From positions 256,001 through 320,000 of the forward strand of contig CAWJQQ010000008.1 in NCBI GenBank assembly GCA_963845065.1: 64,000 bases of DNA, read 5' to 3'. How positions within the stretch are numbered: the first letter of the stretch is position 1; every line of letters starts with the position of its first letter. Below the pieces are notes generated by a model that was not told the DNA's origin, searched no databases, and saw only the letters and a list, made by a program, of their open reading frames with translations. Made by a program: the position numbers and the translations under genes. Origin of the DNA: Nitrospirota bacterium (GTDB lineage Bacteria > Nitrospirota > UBA9217). Shown piece after piece: positions 10,615-19,791 of this stretch.

Positions 10615-10899
10615 ATGACAAAGGCGGAACTGGTTGACAAGATAGCCGAGAAAAAGCCGGGTTTGACCAGGAAACAAGTGGAAGTCGTCGTCAATACTGT
10701 GCTCGACGGAATAAAAGAAGCCTTGTCTCGTGAAGACAAAGTGGAAATCCGGGGCTTTGGCAGTTTCCGTATCAGGCATCGTCGGGCAAAAGAGGGCAGG
10801 AATCCCAAGACCGGTGAGACCGTCCAGGTGCCGCCGAAAAAAGTGCCATTCTTTAAAGCTGGCAAAGAGATGCGAGAAATGGTCGACGGGAAGTTCTAG
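10615..10899 (+). CDS. ihfB: Integration host factor beta / HU family DNA-binding protein
   Basis: MTKAELV, EIRGFGSF, GRNPKTGE, VPFFKAGKE; rpsA-sppA-ihfB synteny. Confidence 0.85.
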   Translation: MTKAELVDKIAEKKPGLTRKQVEVVVNTVLDGIKEALSREDKVEIRGFGSFRIRHRRAKEGRNPKTGETVQVPPKKVPFFKAGKEMREMVDGKF

Positions 10900-10966
10900 C
10901 CCACGATTATTGCTGTATGGCCGCATGTCTTTCAACGGGAAGCTGACGAATTCCATTCAACAATAC

Positions 10967-11061
10967 CAAAAATGCAAGAGCCACAAGGACGTCCGAAACG
11001 AAAGAGCATTCAGTTCGTGAATTGCTGCCGCATCGGATGGCTTGGTGGCTTTTCGTTTTTG
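10967..11061. terminator. Long imperfect inverted repeat after ihfB (terminator-like or structured RNA)
   Basis: Arms CAAAAATGCAAGAGCCACAAGGACGTCCGA and TCGGATGGCTTGGTGGCTTTTCGTTTTTG. Confidence 0.45.
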
Positions 11062-11087
11062 CAGCATATGTACCTCTGACCTGAAAG

Positions 11088-11735
11088 ATGATGAGTACTG
11101 AATATTTCGACGTACTGGACTGCAGTGCTAGGAAAACCGGGGAAGTAATCGCTCGCCACGTGGCGCATCAAACCGGTGTGTGGCATGGGGCGTTTCATTG
11201 TCTTATCATCGGGGAACTGCACGGCCGCGGTTATGCGCTGTTTCAGAAGCGGTCGATGACGAAAAAAATCGCACCGGGGAAATTTGACGTGAGCGTGGGC
11301 GGGCACTATGCTGCTGGCGAAAACGCGGCAACCGCGGGCCCGCGCGAAATCAAAGAAGAGCTGGGGATCGACGCACGGTTCGATGACCTGATTCCTATTG
11401 GACGGAGGGTCTTTGTATTCTGTTTCACGCCCGAAATCAGGGAATACGAATTCCAGGATGTTTTTTTCTTCCCTAGAAACATCCATCCCGAGGAACTTAC
11501 TCTCCAGCCCGATGAGCTGGACGGCGTCATCGAAATGGGAGTGGATCAGGGGATATCGCTTTTTTCGTGCTCGGTACCGCAGACTGAGGTTCTCTTACAC
11601 AAGCGGGATGGCCGGCGGGAAACTATTCGGGTCTTTACCCACGATTTCGTCCCTTCTCTTGATAACTATTACCTTAAACTGCTCCTGCTTTCGCGCAGAT
11701 ACTTGAGCGGTGACCGTGAACTTCTTTTGATTTGA
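11088..11735 (+). CDS. NUDIX hydrolase, IPP-isomerase type-1-like
   Basis: AH..GVWH, FQKRS..KK..PGKFDVSVGGH..AGE and REIKEELG Nudix box. Confidence 0.8.
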   Translation: MMSTEYFDVLDCSARKTGEVIARHVAHQTGVWHGAFHCLIIGELHGRGYALFQKRSMTKKIAPGKFDVSVGGHYAAGENAATAGPREIKEELGIDARFDDLIPIGRRVFVFCFTPEIREYEFQDVFFFPRNIHPEELTLQPDELDGVIEMGVDQGISLFSCSVPQTEVLLHKRDGRRETIRVFTHDFVPSLDNYYLKLLLLSRRYLSGDRELLLI

Positions 11736-11968
11736 CCTTGACTATCCCGTTATTTCAGATAGAATTAATTCATCCTCAAATAATCACTCAACCATGGATT
11801 CGTTGTTATAATTTTTTACCGTTAGCAGGAATCGCTAATTCGATGGAATTCTTACTACTCTCAAGTTGTTTTTATTTGATTTCCTGTCTTTATCCAATTT
11901 TATCGTTTGTTTTAACTACTTAACGAAGCTCATGCACAGCACTGGAGTTCCTGATAAAGGAGGCGTTC

Positions 11969-12151
11969 ATGAGCGGTTAGTGTGTTATAAAACGAAATTT
12001 TATGGCATGCAAGTGGGGAACGAACGGGACCGCGACTGGCTCATATGGCAAAGGCTCTCAGGTTGTTTCGTCCAGATTGCTCGTGTTAAAAGTGATGCTG
12101 CCTGAGAACGAATTAAGCGAGCTGACGAATTACGTGCAGAGTCTGGAATGA
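11969..12151 (+). pseudogene. Decayed gene, possibly a class I cytochrome c remnant
   Basis: AAGGAGG RBS, then ATG AGC GGT TAG; the same frame ends LPENELSELTNYVQSLE*, resembling a cytochrome c C-terminal helix; no CxxCH remains. Confidence 0.3.
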
Positions 12152-12197
12152 GCGCCGTATGAGGAATATTGAACATTGGACTATCCAATACTGTGAC

Positions 12198-12446
12198 TGT
12201 AATCCCAAAATAGAAGTGTCCTATTTTAAGATATTAAGACAGTTGTTCAAATGTCAGGGGAGCCTGCATTAATGCACCTGCAAATGCTCTACGTATCGTA
12301 AACGACATAAAAGTAGTGCTAACAGAGCTTGATTGCCATGAGATCCTTAAAAAGTTCAGTTTGAGTACGGCTAGAGGCGCTTTTAATGTAAAAGAAGCGG
12401 ACATTTCTATTTTGGTGTGATAGGACAGTTCTACTTTGGGACAACA
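12198..12446. mobile_element. 249-bp non-autonomous MITE, IS1202-family-like
   Basis: TGT...ACA ends; 27-bp terminal IRs matching 23/27; internal IR subrepeat GGACATTTCTATTTTGG at 12399-12415; perfect 17-bp flanking direct repeats CTATCCAATACTGTGAC (12181-12197 and 12447-12463). Confidence 0.85.
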
Positions 12447-12557
12447 CTATCCAATACTGTGACTTGACTATCAATGCAATGAGGGTAAACTTAAAAAAGC
12501 TGTGTCCGGCAAGATGTCTGCGATAAGGAGGATAGGGGGGTAACACCGCAGCATTTA

Positions 12558-13112
12558 ATGCTGCGTGCAAGCATCGTTTTCTCCCTGGCAAACGGCATGA
12601 AAATAACATGGCTTATCAGCGGACTGCTCGTTGTTATTGTCATTGTCCTTTCCGTTCTTGCATTCATGTATATTTTACCGCTCGATCTTCGGGACCGTTC
12701 TCCGATCCAGCCGATCGCATTTAGTCATAAGAAGCATGCCGGCGACAACGCTATTCCTTGCCTTTTCTGTCATCGCTATGCTCCAAAGTCCACGGTCGCC
12801 GGAATTCCGGCAGTTGCGGACTGTCGCGCCTGTCACCTATTCATTGCTCAGAACTCTCCGGAAATCAAGAAACTGATGAACTATTGGGAAAATAAACAGC
12901 CGATCCCCTGGGTCAGGGTCTACGGCGTACCGGATTTCGTATATTTCCCGCACATGATGCATATACGCGCCGGGCTCGACTGCGGTGCCTGTCACGGAAA
13001 CGTTGCCGCCATGGAGCGGATTACCCGGAGCGTCAAAATTAAAATGGGCTGGTGCCTAAACTGCCATCGCGGGCATAAGGCAAGCATCGATTGCTGGACT
13101 TGTCATAAATGA
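12558..13112 (+). CDS. Membrane-anchored pentaheme cytochrome c (ActA/QrcA-like)
   Basis: N-terminal TM, QPIAFSHKKHAG, five CxxCH (CLFCH, CRACH, CGACH, CLNCH, CWTCH), MGWCL; alternative start at 12597. Confidence 0.9.
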   Translation: MLRASIVFSLANGMKITWLISGLLVVIVIVLSVLAFMYILPLDLRDRSPIQPIAFSHKKHAGDNAIPCLFCHRYAPKSTVAGIPAVADCRACHLFIAQNSPEIKKLMNYWENKQPIPWVRVYGVPDFVYFPHMMHIRAGLDCGACHGNVAAMERITRSVKIKMGWCLNCHRGHKASIDCWTCHK

Positions 13113-13122
13113 GGGAACCCGA

Positions 13123-15321
13123 ATGGATAGAAGAACCTTTTTGCAGCTAAGCGGCATAACTGCAGCCAGCGCTTTTTTGGCAGGGTGCACATCCGCAAAC
13201 GAGAAACTGATACCCTACCTTATTCCGCCAGACGAGGGTGTGACTCCAGGTGAAGCCATTTATTATGCCAGCAGTTGCCGATTCTGTCCAGCTGGCTGCG
13301 GTATCCTGGTACGAGTGTCCGAGGGGCGGGCAAAAAAAATCGAAGGCAACCCCCTACATCCCGTCAACATGGGCAAACTGTGCGCTCGGGGGCAGGCCAT
13401 TTTGCAGGAGTTATATCATCCCGATAGAATAACGCAGCCGCTCAAGCGGACAGGGGCCCGCGGCTCCGGAGAATTTACGAAGATTTCCTGGGAAGAAGGC
13501 ATTGACCTCTTGACCAGTAATCTCAAGACCTTGAAACAGGAAAAGGCTACCGGCCGCCTGGCATTGCTGACACCGGAGCTTCGCGGCACTCTCGCTGAGC
13601 TGACAACGCGTTTCATGCGATCCTTCGGTTCACCTCGTCATCTCTCTTACGAGTTGCTCGGTCCCGACTGGCTGCGTGCGGCCGCCCGTCAAAGCTTCGG
13701 GCAGGCTAACCTTCCTTTTTACGACGTGGCTGAGACCCGCTATCTGCTCAGTTTCGGCGCCGATATTATAGAAAGCCACTTGTCTCCCGTGCAGTACGGC
13801 TATGCCTTCGGCAAGATGCGCCAGGCGCGGGACACGGTCCGCGGTCATTTTACTTATGTAGGCGGCCGGTTGTCACTGACGGCCGCGTCAGCTGACCGGT
13901 GGATGCCTGCTAGTCCCGGAAGCGAAGGAGTATTGGCACTCGGCATGGCCCGACTGATTCTGGTGGAGTCCCTTTACGAAAGAGATGCTCTTGCGTCGAA
14001 CGGGCTTTATGCGGAGGAGCTGCTGAAGGAACTCGCGGCGTACGATCTTCCCCGCGTGTCGGAGCAGACAGGTCTTTCGCAGGCAGCTATAGCTGAAGTG
14101 GCTCGAGAATTCGCTGCAACGCGACCAGCACTGGCTATAGCAGGGGAGGCTGTCGCCTTCCAGAGCAACGGACACGAATCAATCCGCGCAGTCCAACTGC
14201 TCAACGTGCTGGTGGGGAGCCTGAACAGACCCGGTGGGATTTATCCGGACATGGGGTCACCTGATGGCCCAACAAACTCCTTCGAAGAACTCATCTCTTT
14301 TATTGCGCAAATGCACGGAAACCAGATTCGAATGGCTATGATCTACGGTGACCCGGTCCATACCATTCCGCCAGCCACGGGCTTCCAGGAGGCGCTGGCC
14401 AAGGTCCCGTTCCTTGTCAGTTTCTCCTCTCTTCTCGACGACACGGCCCTGATGGCTGATCTGGTATTGCCGGACCATGCTGCTCTGGAGAGCTGGGGGG
14501 ACGTGATTCCGCTGGCCGGCACGCGGGAAGGTGTTGTCGGACTCATGCAACCTGTTGTTACGCCCGTCTTTGATACGCGCCAGTTCCCCGAGGTGCTGAT
14601 GACAGCTGCGAGTGAACTTGGAGGGGAGATGAAGGGGGTATTTCCGTACCCATCTTATTTGGAAATGCTAAAGGCTGACGCGAGAAAGCGTGTTGGCATT
14701 TCCGGCAGCAAAGACTTCGAAACAACATGGGTAGATCTTCTTCGTAAGGGAGGAATCTTCAAAACGAACCCAGGACAAGTAAAAGGTTATACGTGGTCAG
14801 GAGGCGTGAAAATTCCTAAACCTCCGAAACCCCGGTTTGCAGGGAATGAAAAGGAATTTCCGTTTCATCTGTGGGTATATCCATCCATGGCTTTTTTTGA
14901 TGGCCGGGGTGCTCCGCTTCCATGGCTGCAACAGTTTCCTGACCCTATGACTACCGTGGTATGGGGCAGCTGGGTTGAAATGAACCCAAAGACCGCTGCC
15001 GAGCTCGGCATCAACTTCGGCGATCTGGTTGAGGTGACTTCTCCCCAGTCATCCCTGCGCGTGCCGGTGGTGATATACCCTGGCATTCGCCCCGATATCG
15101 TCGCCATGCCGCTCGGTCAAGGGCACCGCGAGATGGGTCGGTATGCAAGGGGGCGCGGCGCGAACCCTCTTGCGCTGCTTGTGACGACGATTGAAGGATC
15201 CGCGCCCCAACCCGTGTGGAATGCCACACGCGTGCGCGTGAACCGAATTTCGGAGAAAGGTGAACTGGTAACAACAGGTAATCCGCAAGGGAGCTATCGG
15301 AGCGACTTGATAGAGATATAA
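13123..15321 (+). CDS. Tat-exported molybdopterin-oxidoreductase-fold subunit (ActB1/QrcB-like)
   Basis: DRRTFL twin-arginine signal, LAGC lipobox, CRFCPAGC...KLCARGQ Fe-S motif, C-terminal molybdopterin-dinucleotide-type domain (DPMTTVVWGSWVEMNP, GQGH). Confidence 0.88.
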   Translation: MDRRTFLQLSGITAASAFLAGCTSANEKLIPYLIPPDEGVTPGEAIYYASSCRFCPAGCGILVRVSEGRAKKIEGNPLHPVNMGKLCARGQAILQELYHPDRITQPLKRTGARGSGEFTKISWEEGIDLLTSNLKTLKQEKATGRLALLTPELRGTLAELTTRFMRSFGSPRHLSYELLGPDWLRAAARQSFGQANLPFYDVAETRYLLSFGADIIESHLSPVQYGYAFGKMRQARDTVRGHFTYVGGRLSLTAASADRWMPASPGSEGVLALGMARLILVESLYERDALASNGLYAEELLKELAAYDLPRVSEQTGLSQAAIAEVAREFAATRPALAIAGEAVAFQSNGHESIRAVQLLNVLVGSLNRPGGIYPDMGSPDGPTNSFEELISFIAQMHGNQIRMAMIYGDPVHTIPPATGFQEALAKVPFLVSFSSLLDDTALMADLVLPDHAALESWGDVIPLAGTREGVVGLMQPVVTPVFDTRQFPEVLMTAASELGGEMKGVFPYPSYLEMLKADARKRVGISGSKDFETTWVDLLRKGGIFKTNPGQVKGYTWSGGVKIPKPPKPRFAGNEKEFPFHLWVYPSMAFFDGRGAPLPWLQQFPDPMTTVVWGSWVEMNPKTAAELGINFGDLVEVTSPQSSLRVPVVIYPGIRPDIVAMPLGQGHREMGRYARGRGANPLALLVTTIEGSAPQPVWNATRVRVNRISEKGELVTTGNPQGSYRSDLIEI

Positions 15322-15353
15322 GAAGCAGCATAACATTGGAAGGATTTCATACA

Positions 15354-16073
15354 ATGGAAAAAATGACGAGCCCCTATAAGTGGGGAATGGTGGTCGACCT
15401 TGACCGCTGCACTGGCTGCGGAGCCTGTGTGGTTGCGTGCCAGGCGGAAAACAATGTTGCTATCTGCGAGAAGAAGGAGATAGCCGAGGGCCGCAACATG
15501 CACTGGCTGCGCATCGAGCGGTTCTGGGTGGGCGAGTACCCACAGGTGCGGGTGCGCTTTTTGCCCGTGCTCTGCCAGCATTGCCATGACGCACCCTGCG
15601 AGCCGGTTTGTCCAGTTTATGCCAGCTACCACAATCCTGATGGATTGAATGGCCAGGTATACAATCGTTGTGTCGGTACTCGTTACTGTGGTAACAACTG
15701 CCCCTATGCCGTCCGCGTCTTTAATTTCCACGACCATGAACATGCATGGCCGTCCCCCCTTGAAAACCAGCTATCCCCGGACATCACCGTACGTCCCCGC
15801 GGGGTGATGGAAAAGTGCTCTTTCTGCATCCAGCGTATTAGACGCTCCAAGGAAGAAGCAGAGACGGAAGGGCGATTAATCAGGGACGGTGAAGTACAGC
15901 CGGCCTGCGTCCAGACATGCCCACCCGAGGCTCTAGTTTTCGGTAATATATCTGATCCGCAGAGCCGTGTTTCCCGGCTGTCGCGCAGTCCTCGCAGTTT
16001 CCGGCTCCTGGAGCATCTGGGTACGCATCCGTCGATCAACTATCTCAAGGGAGGAGGACGCGAGCATGTCTGA
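15354..16073 (+). CDS. Four-cluster Fe-S subunit (ActB2/QrcC-like)
   Basis: DLDRCTGCGACVVACQAENN, CQHCHDAPCEPVCP, YNRCVGTRYCGNNCPY, RGVMEKCSFC. Confidence 0.92.
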   Translation: MEKMTSPYKWGMVVDLDRCTGCGACVVACQAENNVAICEKKEIAEGRNMHWLRIERFWVGEYPQVRVRFLPVLCQHCHDAPCEPVCPVYASYHNPDGLNGQVYNRCVGTRYCGNNCPYAVRVFNFHDHEHAWPSPLENQLSPDITVRPRGVMEKCSFCIQRIRRSKEEAETEGRLIRDGEVQPACVQTCPPEALVFGNISDPQSRVSRLSRSPRSFRLLEHLGTHPSINYLKGGGREHV

Positions 16074-17433
16074 GCATGCGATTGCTGAAAAGAGCCCGAG
16101 CCAGCTGAACGACGAGATGCTTTCGTCCTTGCGGCCTCCGACATGGCGCTGGTACGGCCTCGCCGCCTTCCTCGGTGCGATTGTGGCCTGGGGGCTCGCG
16201 GCCTTCACCTACCAGGTGATGACCGACCTTAGCGTAACAGGCCTGGACCGACCGGTGATGTGGGGGCTTTACATTGTCAATTTCGTGTTCTGGGTCGGCC
16301 TGTCTCATTCAGGGACCATGGTCTCGGCAATTCTACGTCTCTCCAAGGCCAACTGGAGAAGACCCATCCTTCGTGCCGCCGAGGCGATGACCGTTTTCAG
16401 CATCACTGTTGCTGGCCTCTTCCCCGTCATTCATCTGGGTCGCAACTGGGTTGTCTACTATTTTGTGCCTTATCCCAATCAACGGGGGCTCTGGCCCAAC
16501 TTCCGGTCACCGTTGCTGTGGGATGCGACAGCGATTACGACTTACATCATTGGGAGCAGTCTCTTTCTCTATCTAGGCATGCTTCCCGATCTTGCTGTGG
16601 TGCGCGACCGCTCGGCAGGCTGGAAGAAAAAAATTTATGCCGTTCTCGCCATGGGGTGGAGGGGAACGGCCCGCGAGTGGGTGGTGTTCCGCCAGGCCTC
16701 TACGCTCATGGCGGCCCTCATCATCCCGGTTGCAGTCTCGGTGCATTCGATCGTGGCCTGGGATTTCGCCGTCACGGTCGTCCCGGGCTGGCACAGCACG
16801 ATCTTCCCTCCCTATTTCGTGATCGGAGCGATCACATCGGGCGTAGCTGCGGTTATCACACTCATGATCATCATCCGGAGGGTCTTCCACCTTGAGGACT
16901 ATCTCACCCCGGAGCACTTCGACAACATGGGAAAGCTCCTCCTCGTCATCTGCCTGCTCTGGTCCTATGCTTATTTCGTCGAGGTCCAGACCACTTGGTA
17001 CGCCCACGAGCCTATCGATTGGGAGGTATTCAGTTTCATGTCAGGCAAGTACACGCCGTTTCTTATCCTCATGCTCATCGGCAACTCGGTGCTTCCGGTT
17101 ACGGCCCTCTGCTTCAAGAAGATCAGGCGTTCCATCAAGGCGATGCTCGTGATAACCCTCTTGGTCAACGTAGGCATGTTCATCGAACGCTTCCTTATCA
17201 TCGTTCCAGCCCTGTCGCACAAAAACATGCCGTTCGTGTGGGGCACCTACTCTCCCTCCTGGGTGGAACTTTCCGTGACCGCGGCAGCCTTTGCCGGGTT
17301 CACGCTCATGTATGTGTTATTTGCGAAGTTCTTCCCGATGGTGGCTGTGACCGATGTGCGGGAACTTGGGGTACGCCATACTGACGTCAGCCTCGGCCGG
17401 GCAAAAGTGCATTCGATCTCGGAAGAGGAGTAG
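16066..17433 (+). CDS. NrfD/PsrC-family membrane subunit (ActC/QrcD-like)
   Basis: WGLYIVNFVFWVGLSHSGT, IHLGR, WPNFRSPLLWD, SVHSIVAWDFA..PGWHSTIFPPYFV; GGAGG RBS before ATG 16066. Confidence 0.92.
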   Translation: MSEHAIAEKSPSQLNDEMLSSLRPPTWRWYGLAAFLGAIVAWGLAAFTYQVMTDLSVTGLDRPVMWGLYIVNFVFWVGLSHSGTMVSAILRLSKANWRRPILRAAEAMTVFSITVAGLFPVIHLGRNWVVYYFVPYPNQRGLWPNFRSPLLWDATAITTYIIGSSLFLYLGMLPDLAVVRDRSAGWKKKIYAVLAMGWRGTAREWVVFRQASTLMAALIIPVAVSVHSIVAWDFAVTVVPGWHSTIFPPYFVIGAITSGVAAVITLMIIIRRVFHLEDYLTPEHFDNMGKLLLVICLLWSYAYFVEVQTTWYAHEPIDWEVFSFMSGKYTPFLILMLIGNSVLPVTALCFKKIRRSIKAMLVITLLVNVGMFIERFLIIVPALSHKNMPFVWGTYSPSWVELSVTAAAFAGFTLMYVLFAKFFPMVAVTDVRELGVRHTDVSLGRAKVHSISEEE

Positions 17434-17439
17434 AAAATC

Positions 17440-17467
17440 AAGTTCAAAGTACAAAGTTCAAAGTGAA
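17440..17467. repeat. Four imperfect 7-nt tandem units in the actC-actD spacer
   Basis: AAGTTCA AAGTACA AAGTTCA AAGTGAA. Confidence 0.6.
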
Positions 17468-17514
17468 AATCGAAGAATTGTATGGATCAAGTCGATTCGC
17501 ACTGGAGTATAAGA

Positions 17515-18024
17515 ATGGAAACTCTCGGGACATTCAAAGATGTTGAGACAGCCAATAAGGCCGTGGATAGCCTGATCAGGGCGGGGTTTACCGAACGGGA
17601 GATCACGTCGCTGACTTCCGCGCCCTATCCCGACGGGGTGATCGTGAAGACCGTCCAGCGCACGTGGTTCCGTTGGATGTCCGTAGCCGGCGGAATTTTC
17701 GGTGCCTGTGCAGGTTTTCTTTTGGCTGCCGGCACTGCCTATATGTATCCCGTGCAGACCGGCGACAAGCCGATCATTGCCTATTACCCGACCGGCATTA
17801 TCACCTATGAACTCACCATGCTCTTCGCCATTTTGGGGGCCATCGTGGGCATGTTCCTGGAAATGAAGCTCCCGCCCCGAAAAGAGCGGCCCTATGACCC
17901 GGCCATTGGTGAGGGTTACATCGGCATCAGCGTGCTCGTCGCCCGCCCGGGAGATCGAAGCCGGGCTGAGTCCATCATGAAGGAAGCAGGCGCCCTCCGC
18001 ACAACTTCAGAGGAGACGCTATGA
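17515..18024 (+). CDS. ActD-like (DUF3341) membrane protein
   Basis: Two TM helices, YPVQTGDKP, ITYELTMLFA, YDP; follows the ActC-like gene. Confidence 0.8.
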   Translation: METLGTFKDVETANKAVDSLIRAGFTEREITSLTSAPYPDGVIVKTVQRTWFRWMSVAGGIFGACAGFLLAAGTAYMYPVQTGDKPIIAYYPTGIITYELTMLFAILGAIVGMFLEMKLPPRKERPYDPAIGEGYIGISVLVARPGDRSRAESIMKEAGALRTTSEETL

Positions 18025-18479
18025 AAAAACCTTTTTCCATATTGGCTGTTCTCGTGGCCGCACCAGTGCTGATGGCTGCAATCTGGCTGGATAACCAGCA
18101 AACCTACAAACCATATGAAGCGCCAGTCCTAAGCCCTCCTGCAGGCGCCGTGCCCATTTCCGGTAAGGAGATCGTTTCGCAAGAATCAGAACTTCGAAAT
18201 CCCATCGTTCCGACAGCGGCATCCCTGTCTCAGGGGAAGGCACTCTTCGAAATCAACTGTGTCATATGCCACGGCCAGACTTCAGCAGAACGAGGACCGG
18301 TCGGGAAAAAACTAGTACCACCGCCGCCAGGCCTCGATCATGACATGGTGAAGGGCTTAAGCGATTCCACGATATTTAAGGCCATCACCTTCGGCTTCGG
18401 CCGCATGCCCGTTTTCAAGGACAAACTCCTGCCGGATGAGCGGTGGAGTCTGGTCAATTTCCTGCGTACCCGCAAATGA
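18021..18479 (+). CDS. Monoheme cytochrome c (ActE-like)
   Basis: PPAGAVP, LRNPI, NCVICHG, GFGRMP, ERWSLVNFLR. Confidence 0.85.
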   Translation: MKKPFSILAVLVAAPVLMAAIWLDNQQTYKPYEAPVLSPPAGAVPISGKEIVSQESELRNPIVPTAASLSQGKALFEINCVICHGQTSAERGPVGKKLVPPPPGLDHDMVKGLSDSTIFKAITFGFGRMPVFKDKLLPDERWSLVNFLRTRK

Positions 18480-18753
18480 GGCAGCTCGCGCAATTGTTGA
18501 CCTGTGGTTCCCCTATTTAGTGCAACTGCGGGACCAAAGGGCGGACCTCACCCGTGATGGGGAAGGCCGCGTGGTTTTGCTCTGTCATTCCGAAAATGAT
18601 GTTGCCCAAGAAAGAGCAGGTGGGGCTGATTATTGGAATTTAGAGCGCTTGAATTATACTAAGAATGCTGAAAGCGCTGGTGATCGATCGCATTGCAAGC
18701 CACTGACAAAATTCGAGTTGAATGAGTCGCTCGCAATGAGAAGATGGCTTCAA

Positions 18754-19142
18754 TTACGCCTCCTGCGGGCCGGCGTGCTCGATGTAGTTGAGAATGATGC
18801 TGCCGTCTTCCTTGTACTGAAAGGGCTTGATGATGTATCCATGGATGTCGAGCTTCGAGCAATCGATGATATCGTGTTCTGTTTACAGGGACGTTGCCAT
18901 GACGATTTTTGTGGTACAGTCCTTCATCGTTTCCCGGATTTCCTTGAGCAAGGAATAGCCTGTCATGACCGGCATCACAATATAGAGAATAATAATGTCC
19001 GGCCGCCACTCCTGATATAGGTCAAGGGCCTCTTTGCCGTTCATGACGAAGCGCATCTCAAAGAGGTCCTAGGCGAGACCTTTTCGATAAAGTTCCCGCG
19101 TGTCTTTATCGTCTTCAGCTATGGTATCTTGGTCTTAGCCAT
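18754..19142 (-). pseudogene. CheY-like single-domain response regulator pseudogene
   Basis: MAKTKI/frameshift/IAEDDKDTRELYRKGLA*DLFEMRFVMNGKEALDLYQEWRPDIIILYIVMPVMTGYSLLKEIRE..IVMATSL*..GYIIKPF; one frameshift, two in-frame stops, phospho-acceptor Asp replaced by Tyr. Confidence 0.85.
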
Positions 19143-19791
19143 CCTGCCATCTCCCGACAACAATAGTGTTCTTGTTTGCGCGTCCGTAATCCGCTCTGAG
19201 ACGAGAATTGTAACCAGATAGATGCTATAGACCGTTACTGCGTTGAGTAAGGAGAATGTGAACTTTGCGGGTAAAAAATGATGACCCAGATGCCGATAAG
19301 GCCCATTCCCATGAAATAGGGAGCCCTGTCTGCATGACCATGCTTTCTATCACCATGGAAGCACCTAAAATCCCTAGATAAACAAGATTTTTTGTGGAAG
19401 CGAATACCCCGATGTTTATTTCTGATCGCTGTGACATAGATGACTGGCAGGCTGCCGGAAATTGAAATCCGCCAGATGAAAAATGTTCTAAAATTTTCCA
19501 CGGTTGGTCACATAATCTAGACCGGCAAAGAGCATGAACAGTATTGCGCCGCTCAAATATATGATGCATGATCAGGGCTTACATATACCAGCAAGGTTGT
19601 TTACTATGTAAGAGCTTTTGTCCATGTGGGAATGGGTGTGCGCTGTCGGAAATAGAGATGTCTGAACTGAGCACAGAATACAGCATTTCGTCTCTTATTG
19701 TCAGGTAGAGGTAAAACTTAAGCAAAATCTGCTACAATATCTCCATAACATGATCACGTAAACGAATAAGCACTATCACATGTGATTAATC

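Noticed and set aside
18436..19020. 194-aa plus-strand ORF and the overlapping 116-aa minus-strand ORF
   Set aside because: Alternate frames over the response-regulator pseudogene
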